Below, piece by piece: positions 1-10,891 of a DNA stretch of 64,000 bases (its first letter is position 1; each line of letters opens with the position of its first letter). Source of the stretch: Thermodesulfobium acidiphilum. GTDB taxonomy: Bacteria; Thermodesulfobiota; Thermodesulfobiia; Thermodesulfobiales; Thermodesulfobiaceae. The notes below the pieces were generated by a model, which was not told the DNA's origin, did no database searches, and saw only the letters and a program-made list of their open reading frames with translations. The stretch spans positions 794,916 through 858,915 of the forward strand of contig NZ_CP020921.1 of assembly GCF_003057965.1 (NCBI RefSeq), written 5' to 3'. The position numbers and the translations under genes are program-made.

Positions 1-1
1 T

Positions 2-586
2 CCAGCTGGATTTACTAAGCCCATAAAACTTTTAATTACAAAAAAATTTCATAGGGCTGTAAGTGGAGGAACAGGTGCTGCAAAGGCTGCAGGAAATTAT
101 GCTGCTTCTTTAAGAGCTGGAGAATTTGCAAAGAAATTTGGTGCTAGTCAGGTATTGTATTTGGATTCTGAAAACAAATATATAGAAGAAGCAGGAGCGA
201 TGAACCATTTTCACATCGAAAAGGATGGCACGGTTGTTATACCTGAATTTACAGATACTATTTTAAGAAGTATTACTTCAGAATCTATTCTTGAACTGCA
301 AAATGCTTTAGGTTTAAAAGTTGTACAAAGAAGGGTTTTATTGAACGAATTTGTTGATAAAATTAAATCAGGTGAAATAATAGAAGCAGGAGGATTTGGT
401 ACTGCAGCTGTTATTTCACCAGTTGGAGAATATGTTTTTGAAGATGGTTCGTCGATAACAGTAGGTGATGGGGGAGTAGGGAAATATACGAGGAAAATTT
501 ATGAATATTATACTGGCATACAAAACGGCAAAATAAAAGCTCCAGATGGGTGGTTAAGAAAAGTTGAAAGGATCAGTAAAGATTAA
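2..586 (+). CDS. ilvE: Branched-chain amino acid aminotransferase, 5'-truncated by window edge
   Basis: Frame is open from base 2 (…GGTGAAKAAGNYAASL…). Class IV PLP aminotransferase motifs EEAGAMN, TILRSIT and GTAAVISPVG are present. Confidence 0.92.
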   Translation, partial: PAGFTKPIKLLITKKFHRAVSGGTGAAKAAGNYAASLRAGEFAKKFGASQVLYLDSENKYIEEAGAMNHFHIEKDGTVVIPEFTDTILRSITSESILELQNALGLKVVQRRVLLNEFVDKIKSGEIIEAGGFGTAAVISPVGEYVFEDGSSITVGDGGVGKYTRKIYEYYTGIQNGKIKAPDGWLRKVERISKD

Positions 587-612
587 TAATTACTTTGTGT
601 GGATAGTATTCT

Positions 613-3600
613 TTGGAAGATGAAATAAAAAGAGTATGTAGATTACAAAGAGATGATGAACTAACTTTCCCTCACTTTTATATAGTAAGTGCATCTGCAG
701 GTTCTGGCAAAACTTATACTTTGTGTATGAGGGTTTGCCAGTTTTTGTTATCAAAATGTATACAATATAATGACCTATCAAATATCCTTGCTTTAACATT
801 TACAAAAAATGCTGCAAATGAAATGAAGCAGAGAATTTTAGAATGGTTGAAAAAAATATCTTTAGGTTTGTTAAGCGAAAAGGATAAAAATAATTTGATT
901 GAATTACTATCTCTTTCCTTTGAAGAAATTGTTGTTCGATCTGAAAAAATAATAGATTTAATATTTAATAATTTTTATGAATTTCAAGTAAGCACGATCG
1001 ACAGCTTTATGTCGAAAATTTTTAAGGTGATGCCATTTGAGACCAATATTTTAGCAAGTAATATAAAAATTGATATTGAAGAAATAATTGATTTTGCTAT
1101 TGATAAATTCATACAAGAGATTGATTTTCTTGAACTTGAAGAGTTTATAAAAGTTATTTCTTTAAACAACTTTATAAGTTTCAATCCAAAGGAAGATTTG
1201 AAAAAAAATTTATTAACTTTATTGAATTTAGAAAATAAGAAACTAGGATATTTTAAAGAAAACAAAGATATCGAACTTACTTTAGATAAAGTAAAGTTGT
1301 TGATGAAAAATTTAGCTTTATTGGCTGAGGAATCTTTAAAAAGGAATTTCAAATTAAATGGAAAAATTAAAGAAGAGAATTTTTATAAAATTATAGAGAA
1401 ATTAAAAAAGCCTGAAAAAAATATAATCAATGTCATTAAAAGTATTTATAAAACCTTCCCCTTTAATAAAGAAAATGGCGATGATTACATCCATTTGAAA
1501 TCTGAATGGGAAAAAAATATTTCTGAAATATACGCATATTTACCAATTTTGAGTCAAATAAGATTTCAACCATATATTAAATTGTTTAGCAAATTCAAAC
1601 TATCTTTGGAAAATTGTTATAAAGATCTCGGTGCTGTTTATATTGGTAACATGAATAAGATGATTTTTGAAAATCTTAATGAAGAAAATATTGTAAAGGT
1701 TCAGTTTTGTTTAGGAAGTCATATTTATCATATTTTAATAGATGAATTTCAGGATACAGATGAAGTTCAATGGGCCTGTATAAAAAAATTTTGTGATGAT
1801 CTTTTGTCCAGAAATGGTTCGGTTTTTACTGTTGGCGACATAAAGCAATCTATTTATAGTTTTAGAGGGGCAGATTATAAGATTATGAAGGAAACAATAG
1901 AGAAGCCAATTAAAAATACTTTTTTGTTAAGTCTTGAAAAGAATTTTAGAACTGATGGAGTTATAATTGAAAATATCAAAAATTTTTTTCAAAAAAATAT
2001 ATCTGACAAAGTATTGGAAACAAATAATATTTCAGGTTTAAAAGATTTTACCCAGCTGCCATCAGAAGAAAGAAAAAGTTCAGGATTTTTTAAAAGTCAA
2101 ATAGTTTTTTTTGATGAGCCTGAAGATAAAGAAATTTTAGGCAATAAAGATATTAAGGTAGGTACTTTAAAAACTGAGTTACTAAATTTAGTTTATGAAT
2201 TAAGTAAAAGATATAAATTAAGCGATATTGCAGTATTGGCTAGATCAAATTCCCAGGTAAACTTGGTTGCCATGTGGCTTATAGAGAATGGATATAACGT
2301 AGTTTCAGAAAGTTCAATGGATATCAGAGATAGAAAAATAATTCAAGAAATTATTTCGTTACTAAAATTTATAGAATCGCCTACAGACAACTTGAATTTT
2401 TCTATTTTTATTTTAGGCAAGATAATGAATAAAATTTTTTTTGATAATAATACTTCTCAAGACGAAATAAGAGAATTTATATTCTTAAACAGGAATAAAA
2501 ATTTATTTAATTCATTCAAGAATAATTATATAAATTTATGGAACGAATATTTTAAAGAAATATACTTTAAATCTGGCCATATTTCAATGTATAGTCTTAT
2601 TGTTTTAATTTATTCAACTTTTAAAATTCCCGAAAACTTTCCAGAGGAATCAGCTTATTTAGTAAAATTGTTAGAAATTATTTCTGAAATAGAATCGAAA
2701 GGGTATGTAGACGTAAATAAACTATTATATCTTATTGAAAAAGATAAAAACGAATTTTTTAAAGTTGAAATTTCTAATTTTACTGATGCAATAAAATTAA
2801 TGACCGTTCATAAAGCGAAGGGCTTAGAGTTTCCTGTTGTAATTAATGTGATTGATGCTGAAAATAATTATGCCCTTCTTGATAAGAAAAAATTGGACTA
2901 TAATTTCTTTATTTATGAAGAGAAAACTAATTCTGAAATAAGTAAGAACTTGCTTTCACTGCTTCATATTACAAAAGAAATGGCGCAAAAAAATAACTTT
3001 TTAAATGAAATTTTTTGTGCCAAAGAAGTTGATTGTATTTTAGATGATTTAAATCTTCTATATGTTGCAATGACGAGAGCAAAATTTGAGCTTTATAATT
3101 TTATATGTGTTAAGAAAATAAAAAATAGCGAGAGTTTATATAACCTGGAAAGAGAAGCTGGGGAAAAAAGGAATGTAATTGATTTTAGAGCAAATAAATT
3201 TGAGTTTGATAATTTTAAAGTTGATTGTGAATCCCTGTCTGAACCTTTAGATATAGAAAAAAATTGGAAGAAAAAGGATATAGCAAGTATTAAAAGAGGG
3301 ATCTTATTTCATAAAATTTTGGAAAGAATAAGGTATAAAGAGGACCTCTTAAATTTGGATAATATAACCGAACTTTATAAAGATGATATTGAACTTTTTG
3401 AGCCAGAAATAGCAAGAAAAATTTCATCTATAGTGATGAACGAACAATTTTCTAAATTTTTTAGCTCTCTTAACGAAGTTTTTACAGAAGTTAATTTTAT
3501 TGATAAAAGGGGCAATCTTTTTAGAATCGATAGATTAGTAATAGAAAAAGATACTATTTATGTTGTTGATTATAAAACAAGTTTGAAGGAGTATTACAAA

Positions 3601-3735
3601 AATTTTGAAAGAGAATACTATCTTAGACAAATTAAGTTCTATATGAAAGTTGTGAAAAGCTTTTACAGAAAAAATACTATAGGAATAATATTAGATATTG
3701 ATAATATGTCACAAGAAATTATAAAAGATGGATAA
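613..3735 (+). CDS. addA: UvrD/AddA-like SF1 helicase with C-terminal PD-(D/E)XK nuclease
   Basis: ASAGSGKT, ALTFTKNAA, DEFQDT, VGDIKQSIYSFRGA, MTVHKAKGLEF, LYVAMTRA; C-terminal RIDRL…VVDYKT nuclease motif. Confidence 0.88.
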   Translation: MEDEIKRVCRLQRDDELTFPHFYIVSASAGSGKTYTLCMRVCQFLLSKCIQYNDLSNILALTFTKNAANEMKQRILEWLKKISLGLLSEKDKNNLIELLSLSFEEIVVRSEKIIDLIFNNFYEFQVSTIDSFMSKIFKVMPFETNILASNIKIDIEEIIDFAIDKFIQEIDFLELEEFIKVISLNNFISFNPKEDLKKNLLTLLNLENKKLGYFKENKDIELTLDKVKLLMKNLALLAEESLKRNFKLNGKIKEENFYKIIEKLKKPEKNIINVIKSIYKTFPFNKENGDDYIHLKSEWEKNISEIYAYLPILSQIRFQPYIKLFSKFKLSLENCYKDLGAVYIGNMNKMIFENLNEENIVKVQFCLGSHIYHILIDEFQDTDEVQWACIKKFCDDLLSRNGSVFTVGDIKQSIYSFRGADYKIMKETIEKPIKNTFLLSLEKNFRTDGVIIENIKNFFQKNISDKVLETNNISGLKDFTQLPSEERKSSGFFKSQIVFFDEPEDKEILGNKDIKVGTLKTELLNLVYELSKRYKLSDIAVLARSNSQVNLVAMWLIENGYNVVSESSMDIRDRKIIQEIISLLKFIESPTDNLNFSIFILGKIMNKIFFDNNTSQDEIREFIFLNRNKNLFNSFKNNYINLWNEYFKEIYFKSGHISMYSLIVLIYSTFKIPENFPEESAYLVKLLEIISEIESKGYVDVNKLLYLIEKDKNEFFKVEISNFTDAIKLMTVHKAKGLEFPVVINVIDAENNYALLDKKKLDYNFFIYEEKTNSEISKNLLSLLHITKEMAQKNNFLNEIFCAKEVDCILDDLNLLYVAMTRAKFELYNFICVKKIKNSESLYNLEREAGEKRNVIDFRANKFEFDNFKVDCESLSEPLDIEKNWKKKDIASIKRGILFHKILERIRYKEDLLNLDNITELYKDDIELFEPEIARKISSIVMNEQFSKFFSSLNEVFTEVNFIDKRGNLFRIDRLVIEKDTIYVVDYKTSLKEYYKNFEREYYLRQIKFYMKVVKSFYRKNTIGIILDIDNMSQEIIKDG

Positions 3736-6577
3736 GCCTAATTTTTGGATAAAGAATCGTGAAAGAATAATATGGGTCAAAGAAAAAAGCGATCTAATTG
3801 ATGAAATAGTTAATTACACAATTAACAATTTAATTTCTGAAGACTGTATGGTTATTTTCCCTAATAGAAGAGCAATTCATTATTTTTACTCAAAAATTTC
3901 TAAGCGTTTGAAAAAAGCATTCAAAGTTCCATTAGCTTATTCTATTGATGATTTTATTGATTATATATATGAAAAAAAGTTTAGTGCTTTTAGAAAAATC
4001 AATATTTTAGAGTCAATTGATGTAATCTATTTGTTATTAAATAATACAGAAAGATTTGATTCTTTTAGAAAAATTCACAATTCTTTTGAAGAATTTATTC
4101 CTTGGGGTGAAGAATTTTTTAAAAATTTTGAGGAACTCTTAATTAATAATGTAAGTTTTAATAGCTTTGATAAAATAAATATTTTTTCTAATTCTAATTT
4201 ATATAAAAATTCTTTAATTTATAAAGTCCTAGAAACTGATTTTGTTTATATTATTAAAGATTTCTTTGATTTATATAAAGACTTTTATTCAGAACTGAAA
4301 AACAGAAAACTTTCTACAAGGGCATCAAGATATAACTCTGTCCAGAGGGTAGATTTGCCAGAAAAAACTTATATAATTGGTGGTTTTTCGTACTTAAATA
4401 AATGCGAAGAAGAACTTTTTAGAAATATATTAAGTAGTAGAAAATCACACTTTTTTGTGAAAAGAAGTTTTAATTTTTATGATTTGGAAAACAAAAAATT
4501 TTATATATATCAATCCCAAACTCTCAATGGTCAGGTTATTAAGTTAAAAGATATATTAGAGCAAAAAAAGCCTTTAAGCTATAATGATGTTATTGTATTA
4601 ACTTCTGAAAATAGTTTATTCCCTGTCTTATATAACGCTATTCCCAAAGGGGAGAAATACAATATTTCTGTAGGATATCCTCTTTCAAGAACGCCAATAT
4701 ATTCCCTGTTTGACATGATTTCAGTTTTGTTATCCAGAATGAATAACTTAAAATTTTATGCTAAAGATTATGTAAATCTACTTTTTCACCCATATATAAA
4801 AACTTTAAAATTTGATAAATTCCCTATCACATCTGAAAATTTTCCAAATATAGAAAATTTTGTTGCCAGAATTATTTTTCAAAAAATTCAGGAAAATATT
4901 AAGTATAAAAACAAAATTTTTGTTTCATTGTTTGAATTTGAAAAGAATTTAGAAATTTTCAAAGGAGTTCTTGATGTTATCAAGTCTTTTGAAATAGAAA
5001 TCCATTCAGAAGATGATTTTATATCTTCTTTAAGTGAGTTTTTAGTTGAAATTCATGATAAAGTAATTAAATTGTTCTTAAATATAAAAAATTTTCCTGA
5101 TTTTATAGAGAAAGCAATTGATTTATTAGACTATATATCAATAAAATCTTTAGGACACCTAAATCTCTATGGGAATAACTTTTTTAGGTATACATATGAA
5201 ACTCTCTTTGATTTATATTCTACCAAGATCTCACACGCTAAGTTTAAGAATTTTAACCAATACTTTGATTTGTTGAAATTTTTTATGCAAAATTCCAGGA
5301 TTCCATTTTCTTCTTCTATCCTGGAGGGTATTCAGATTTTGGGTGCGCTCGAAACAAGAAATATTAACTTTAATAGAGTTTTTTATATGGATATTAGCGA
5401 CGATAAATTGCCAAATGTAAATAAGGAAGAACTTTTTTTGACTCAGGATATTAGAAAAATTTTAGATCTGCCTACTGTAAAAGAAAGCGAAGAAGTCCAG
5501 AGAGCTAACTTTGTTGATTTAATAAACACAGCTAAAGAAGTTTATTTTTTCTATTCCAATTCCGATGCCAGATCTATTTCGAGGTTTGTAGAAAACATAA
5601 TTTGGGAGTTACAAAAGATAAGAAAGTCTGTAGAGATGCCTATTGATAGTAAAGGTATAAATTTTCAGGCTTCATTCGCCCAAGAAAATCCTGTTTTTAT
5701 CGAAAAAAATGATAATATTATAAGGTTTCTTAAAAACTTTGAGTTTAGTCCTACATCTATTGATAGTTATTTAAGATGTCCACTTTCCTTTTACTTTGCT
5801 TACGTGTTGAATTTGAAGGAGTATAAAGAGATAGAAGAAGATATTAGCAGCGTGGAAATAGGTAATATAGTTCATGATGTTTTACACCTTTATTTTAAAA
5901 AATGGCTTAACGTTGAATTTACAAATGTTGATTTTGAAAATGAGTTAAAAGAAATATATAAAATTTTAGATAAAAAATTTCAAGAGAATGATTCAAAGGG
6001 AGTTTTGCTTCAGAAGGAGCAGTGTAGATTAGCATTAAGGAATGTTTTAGAAAAAAATATTAAGGAACTTACTAATATGAAGATCTTATTCCTTGAAAAG
6101 GAATTTACTAGGGAAGTTTCTCATAATAAATTGAAGGTAAAGTTGATTGGAAGAGTCGATAGAATACATAAGTTAAAAGATGAATATTTTTTGATAGATT
6201 ATAAAACAGGTGCATCTAAAATCCCTAAATCAAATTTTTTGCCAACGATAGAGAATAGAAAGTTGTGGTTTGAGAACGTTAGGTCTTTTCAGTTACCATT
6301 TTATATATTTTTGTTTGAGAAATTTCAAAAAATAAACTTTGAACAAATAATAGCTGGTACATGGAGTTTAAAAAGTATTGATGAGGAGAAATACTTTAAG
6401 TTTAATGATGAAACTTACGATGCTTATTTTAAAGCTTTGAAATATCTCATTTCAGAAATTTTTAATAAAGATATACCCTTTTTCCCTGTTTCTAATAAAA
6501 TTGAACAAAGATGTGCTTTTTGCTTGTACCAGAGTATTTGTTCAAGACAGTGGGTAAAAAATAGAAAGTTTTATTAA
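3728..6577 (+). CDS. addB: AddB-like PD-(D/E)XK nuclease with 4-Cys Fe-S motif
   Basis: Overlaps addA. Motifs FSPTSIDSYLRCP, GRVDRI…LIDYKTG, QLPFY and C-terminal CAFCLYQSIC. Confidence 0.82.
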   Translation: MDKPNFWIKNRERIIWVKEKSDLIDEIVNYTINNLISEDCMVIFPNRRAIHYFYSKISKRLKKAFKVPLAYSIDDFIDYIYEKKFSAFRKINILESIDVIYLLLNNTERFDSFRKIHNSFEEFIPWGEEFFKNFEELLINNVSFNSFDKINIFSNSNLYKNSLIYKVLETDFVYIIKDFFDLYKDFYSELKNRKLSTRASRYNSVQRVDLPEKTYIIGGFSYLNKCEEELFRNILSSRKSHFFVKRSFNFYDLENKKFYIYQSQTLNGQVIKLKDILEQKKPLSYNDVIVLTSENSLFPVLYNAIPKGEKYNISVGYPLSRTPIYSLFDMISVLLSRMNNLKFYAKDYVNLLFHPYIKTLKFDKFPITSENFPNIENFVARIIFQKIQENIKYKNKIFVSLFEFEKNLEIFKGVLDVIKSFEIEIHSEDDFISSLSEFLVEIHDKVIKLFLNIKNFPDFIEKAIDLLDYISIKSLGHLNLYGNNFFRYTYETLFDLYSTKISHAKFKNFNQYFDLLKFFMQNSRIPFSSSILEGIQILGALETRNINFNRVFYMDISDDKLPNVNKEELFLTQDIRKILDLPTVKESEEVQRANFVDLINTAKEVYFFYSNSDARSISRFVENIIWELQKIRKSVEMPIDSKGINFQASFAQENPVFIEKNDNIIRFLKNFEFSPTSIDSYLRCPLSFYFAYVLNLKEYKEIEEDISSVEIGNIVHDVLHLYFKKWLNVEFTNVDFENELKEIYKILDKKFQENDSKGVLLQKEQCRLALRNVLEKNIKELTNMKILFLEKEFTREVSHNKLKVKLIGRVDRIHKLKDEYFLIDYKTGASKIPKSNFLPTIENRKLWFENVRSFQLPFYIFLFEKFQKINFEQIIAGTWSLKSIDEEKYFKFNDETYDAYFKALKYLISEIFNKDIPFFPVSNKIEQRCAFCLYQSICSRQWVKNRKFY

Positions 6578-6639
6578 AGTTTTTTGTAAAAAATATTTAT
6601 GATATAATGACAATTATAAAACATTTAGGAGGGTTTAAC

Positions 6640-7649
6640 TTGGGGAATTTTAAAACTCTATCATTTCTTTCTATTTTTCTATTTTCATTTATATTTTTTC
6701 AGAATACAGGATTTGCTATTCAAAGTTCTGCTACCGATCCCAAAACAATTGCCAGGTGCTTTGGTCATCTGACAGCTATAAAATTATTTCTGTTAATTGG
6801 GATGGTGATTGTGTAAATGGTAAAGCTCAGGGTAAGGGTAAGATAAGTTTGATTTTGCAGGATAATAAAGGTTTAGGTTACAAAGGAAGTGGTGTCGGCG
6901 AATTTGATAATGGCTACCTCAACGGTCACGCTGTTATGAATTTTTCAAATGGTGACTCCTTTAATGCAGATTTTAAAAACGGGCTGATGAATGGAAACGG
7001 AATGTATAAATTTTCAGATGGGGGTACCTATGAGGGCGAGTTCAAAAATAACAAACTAAATGGACAGGGCACTTATACCTGGGCTGATGGAAGAATTTAT
7101 AAAGGCGAGTGGTTAAATGGCTTTATCGCAAGGGATTTAAATGGTTTTATAGGAATTCAATGGGGTTCATCTATCAAAGAAATGAAAGATGTTATAAAGA
7201 ATCGACCAAATACAAATCTCATGCATGAGTGGGAAGATGATAGTGATAAAACTTCTACTTACATTTATCATACAACAAATTTTTCAGGTAAAGGAGCAAA
7301 TTTATTTTTATATTTTATCGACAACAAGTTTTATTGTGGCACCGCTTTAATTAATATTAGCACAAATGAAACCACTCAGAACGATATAATGGATTATTTT
7401 TCTAATTTAAGAGATTCTATAACTCAAAAATATGGTCCTTATGATTATTGTACAGGCAAAGATTTTGATACTTTTTGCATTTAAAACTTTGCTACAAAGT
7501 CAAATTTTCCAAACGCTATTCATTTGAGTTTCCATAAGATAGAGCCTTCTACTTTGAATTTTCCATACGAAATAAGATTAGATTATGTAAATGGTGAAAT
7601 GTACAATAAAATTGAAAAAGCTACTTCAAAACCTCCTAGTGATTTGTAA
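6640..7649 (+). pseudogene. Exported MORN-repeat protein disrupted by a frameshift (~6745) and an in-frame TAA (7482-7484)
   Basis: GGAGG RBS then TTG 6640 and a signal peptide. Adding one base near 6745 joins it to the 6756 ORF (DPKTNCQVLW…). MORN repeats YEGEFKNNKLNGQGTYTWADGRIYKGEW. Frame continues past the TAA to a TAA at 7649. Confidence 0.8.
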
Positions 7650-7756
7650 ATTTTAAATTTTAAATTATTTTATAAATAATTTTTGCTCGTTGAATATCTA
7701 TTTTTATTGAAGAATCTGCTATTGTTGGGTCGACTGTAAGTTTACTATTTATTGCA

Positions 7757-8239
7757 TTATTTATCAGGATTTTCAAAGTATCTTAAAATAGCATTGACAT
7801 GACCCTTTGCTCTGACATTTCGCCATGCTTTTTTCAATATCATGTCAGGTGTAATTAAAAATGTAGATCTAATAACTCCCATACTTGTTTTTCCATACGT
7901 TTTCTTTTCGCCGTAAGCGCCAAAAAGATTTAAGATTTTTTTCTCAGGATCAGAGAGAAGAGGAAAGTTTAAACCATGCTTCTTTTGAAAATTTTTGTGT
8001 GACACAATGGAGTCAGGACTAACCCCAGCAACTGCAGCATACTTTAATATGAAGTTCATATTATCTCTAAAATCGCATGCTTCTGTGGTGCAGCCGGGCG
8101 TATTGTCTTTTGGATAGAAGTAAAGAATAAGATTTTTTCTATCTTGTATTAAGTCTTTAAAACAAAAAACTTTTTCATTTGAGCCTTCATCTATTCCATT
8201 AAGACAAAAATCATCAATTTTATCTCCTTCATTAAACAT
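7757..8239 (-). CDS. bcp: Bcp/PrxQ peroxiredoxin
   Basis: YFYPKDNTPGCTTEACDFRD motif; GGAGG RBS. Confidence 0.95.
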   Translation of the reverse strand: MFNEGDKIDDFCLNGIDEGSNEKVFCFKDLIQDRKNLILYFYPKDNTPGCTTEACDFRDNMNFILKYAAVAGVSPDSIVSHKNFQKKHGLNFPLLSDPEKKILNLFGAYGEKKTYGKTSMGVIRSTFLITPDMILKKAWRNVRAKGHVNAILRYFENPDK

Positions 8240-8273
8240 TTATAAACCTCCCTTTTTGATATTATACTTTTTC

Positions 8274-8300
8274 TTTACAAAATATTTATTTTGTTGTAAA
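8274..8300. promoter_or_regulatory. Inverted repeat (TTTACAA-N13-TTGTAAA) in the divergent bcp/acs intergenic region; possible operator
   Basis: Perfect 7-bp inverted repeat seen directly; function is inferred. Confidence 0.3.
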
Positions 8301-8376
8301 ATTCTGACAATTTGATTCTCAATGATATACCAATAAGTTAATTAATTTTCTAAAAATATATTTTAGGAGGTCTAAG

Positions 8377-10338
8377 ATGTCTATTGAAGCTAAAAATGAA
8401 ACTTTAAATATGATTAAAGAAAGTAAAATAATATTGCCAAATAAAGATAAAGTTAAGAATACTAATGCGGGCAGTATTGATGGTTTTAATAATCTACTGA
8501 AAAAATCATGGGTTGACCCTGAAAAATTTTGGGAAGAAGTGGCAAATGAATTATTTTGGTTTCACCCATGGTCAAAGACAATGGAAGGAGATTTCCCAAA
8601 CTTTAAGTTTTTTATTGGTGGAATAACAAATCCGGCTTATAATATGTTGGACAGGAATATTGAGAAAGGATATGCAAACAAACTTGCACTTATATGGGAG
8701 GGTGAAAATTATGAAACAAAGTTTTTCACATATAAAATGCTTCTTTGTGAGGTTAATAAATTTTGTAATATTTTAAAAAACTTTGGTTTGAAGAAAGGCG
8801 ATAGAGTATCGATTTATCTTCCGAACCTTGCCGAAACGGTTATTGCGGTTCTTGCTTGTTATAGAATGGGAGTTTTGTTTAATACTGTATTTTCAGGATT
8901 TTCTGCTAATGCACTTAGGGAAAGACTAAATCATTTTGAACCGCAAATATTTATTACTGCAGATGGAATTTATAGGAGGGGAAAAGTTATTGCTCTCAAA
9001 GAACAGGCTGATATTGCGATTGAAAAAGTAAGCAGTATAAAAGCAACAATTGTGGTTAAAAGGGCCGGAAACCCTATTAGTATGAAATCTGGTAGAGATT
9101 ATTGGTGGAATGAACTAATGAAAAAATCTGATGCTGAATTCCAACCAGAACTTATTGAAGCAAATGAACCCGGTTTAGTTTTTTATACAAGTGGAACTAC
9201 CGGTAAACCGAAAGGCGTGGTTCATTCAGGGAATGCTTTTGTAATAAACAATTATATTTATGCTAAGTACCACTTAGACTTGCATCAGGATGATGTTTTT
9301 TGGTGTATGGCAGATATTGGTTGGTTGACAATGCATATTTGGGGTATAGTTGGGGCGCTGTCAAATGGTATTACAACTATTTTTTATGAAGGAGCAATAG
9401 ATTATCCTGAACAGGATAGAGTTTATCAAATTTTGGAAAAGTATAGGGTTAATAAATGGTGGACTTCTCCAACTGCTACTAGAATGTTGATGAAATTTGG
9501 GGAAGAAAAATTAAACTCTTACGATCTAAATTCGTTAGATGTAGTTGCTTTTGTGGGAGAGCCTTTAAATCCTGAGGCCTGGAAATGGGTTTATGAAAAA
9601 ATTGGAAAGAGGAGAATATATCTTAATAACACTTATGGCCAAACAGAAACTGCAGGATGTCCCTTGGCAGGTGCTGCATGGCTTACCCCTATGAAACCAG
9701 GATCATGTGGTATCCAATTTTTAGGAGCACACTTAGATATAGTTGATGATTTTGGCAATCCGGTCGGACCTATGACAGTAGGAAATCTGGTCTTTAGAAA
9801 ACCAATCCCAATGTTGATTAGAGACCTTTGGAAAGATCACGAGAGGTATCTTGATACTTATTTTTACAAGGTGCCAGGTACGTATTTTACGTATGATGCT
9901 GCTGTGAGAGATAATGATGGCCACATATGGGTGCTTTCTCGAACTGATGACGTTATAAATGTATCAGGGCATAGAATCAGTACCATGGAGATTGAAAGTG
10001 CAGTTATGGAGGTTGAAGGTGTGGTAGAGTCGGCGGTTATAGGCACTCCTGATGAAGTTAAGGGTATGATGCCTGTTGTTTTTGTTACAGTTAGAGAAGA
10101 GAATAACGAAGAAGATATAATAAATAAAATTAAATCAAAAATTGTTGAAAAAATTGGTAAGATAGCTCTTCCTAAAGATGTTTTTTGTGTTCCAACTACT
10201 CCGAAAACTCCTAGTGGAAAAATTATGAGAAGGTTTTTAAGAGAATTGGTTATAAAGGGAAAAATTGTAAGCGACACTACAAGCTTAGAAAATCCTGATA
10301 GCATAGAGATTATAAGCAAAATAATTTCAGGGATATAG
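8377..10338 (+). CDS. Acetate-CoA ligase family acyl-CoA synthetase (substrate uncertain)
   Basis: YTSGTTGKPKG, ADIGW, VGEPLNPEAW, RTDDVINVSGHR, PKTPSGKIMRR. Has YGQTET instead of the Acs WWQTET. Confidence 0.88.
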   Translation: MSIEAKNETLNMIKESKIILPNKDKVKNTNAGSIDGFNNLLKKSWVDPEKFWEEVANELFWFHPWSKTMEGDFPNFKFFIGGITNPAYNMLDRNIEKGYANKLALIWEGENYETKFFTYKMLLCEVNKFCNILKNFGLKKGDRVSIYLPNLAETVIAVLACYRMGVLFNTVFSGFSANALRERLNHFEPQIFITADGIYRRGKVIALKEQADIAIEKVSSIKATIVVKRAGNPISMKSGRDYWWNELMKKSDAEFQPELIEANEPGLVFYTSGTTGKPKGVVHSGNAFVINNYIYAKYHLDLHQDDVFWCMADIGWLTMHIWGIVGALSNGITTIFYEGAIDYPEQDRVYQILEKYRVNKWWTSPTATRMLMKFGEEKLNSYDLNSLDVVAFVGEPLNPEAWKWVYEKIGKRRIYLNNTYGQTETAGCPLAGAAWLTPMKPGSCGIQFLGAHLDIVDDFGNPVGPMTVGNLVFRKPIPMLIRDLWKDHERYLDTYFYKVPGTYFTYDAAVRDNDGHIWVLSRTDDVINVSGHRISTMEIESAVMEVEGVVESAVIGTPDEVKGMMPVVFVTVREENNEEDIINKIKSKIVEKIGKIALPKDVFCVPTTPKTPSGKIMRRFLRELVIKGKIVSDTTSLENPDSIEIISKIISGI

Positions 10339-10480
10339 GATATTTTTTAGTTTTTTTAATAAAAATATTTTCTACTGATTGTTTTTAGTTTTGTTATTGT
10401 GTCGTGATTTGTTAAAATATAGTGAACTTAATTTATAAAATTAATTTTTTTATCTAATTTTAAATTTAGGAGATAATATC

Positions 10481-10891
10481 GTGGATGAGAGAATTGTTAA
10501 ATTTATGAGAGACAACGATAAGGTTGCAGTATGGCTTAATGTTAAAATACTTGAAGTTAGAACTGGATATTCAAGAATTTCTATGATTGTAAGAGAAGAT
10601 ATGTTAAATTCTGTAAAGATCTGTCAGGGAGGGGCTATATTTTCATTTGCAGATTTTGCTTTTGCCTTAGCTTCAAACTCTCATGGCAAAATTGCTGTAG
10701 GGATATCTGCAAATATAAACTACTTAAATCCAGCCTTTTTAGGAGAAGAACTTATTGCTGAATGCTTTGAATCGGGCAGATCGAGAAAGTTAGGTCTTTA
10801 TGATGTTAAAGTATATAAGGATGAAAATAAAAAGTTTGTTGCTTCTTTTACTGGGCAGGTGTATATAAAAGAAGAGAAATTTGAAGTATAA
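10481..10891 (+). CDS. paaI: PaaI-family hotdog-fold acyl-CoA thioesterase
   Basis: MLNS…QGGAIFSFADFAFALASNSHG motif; AGGAG RBS and GTG start. Confidence 0.85.
   Translation: MDERIVKFMRDNDKVAVWLNVKILEVRTGYSRISMIVREDMLNSVKICQGGAIFSFADFAFALASNSHGKIAVGISANINYLNPAFLGEELIAECFESGRSRKLGLYDVKVYKDENKKFVASFTGQVYIKEEKFEV

Noticed and set aside
5740-6577. Cas4-like 4-Cys PD-(D/E)XK nuclease as a CRISPR component
   Set aside because: It is the C-terminal domain of a 949-aa protein paired with an AddA-like helicase. No cas genes or repeat-spacer array are visible.
7482-7484. Stop-codon recoding in the MORN gene
   Set aside because: The codon is TAA rather than TGA or TAG, and the gene also has a frameshift, so pseudogenisation is the simpler explanation.
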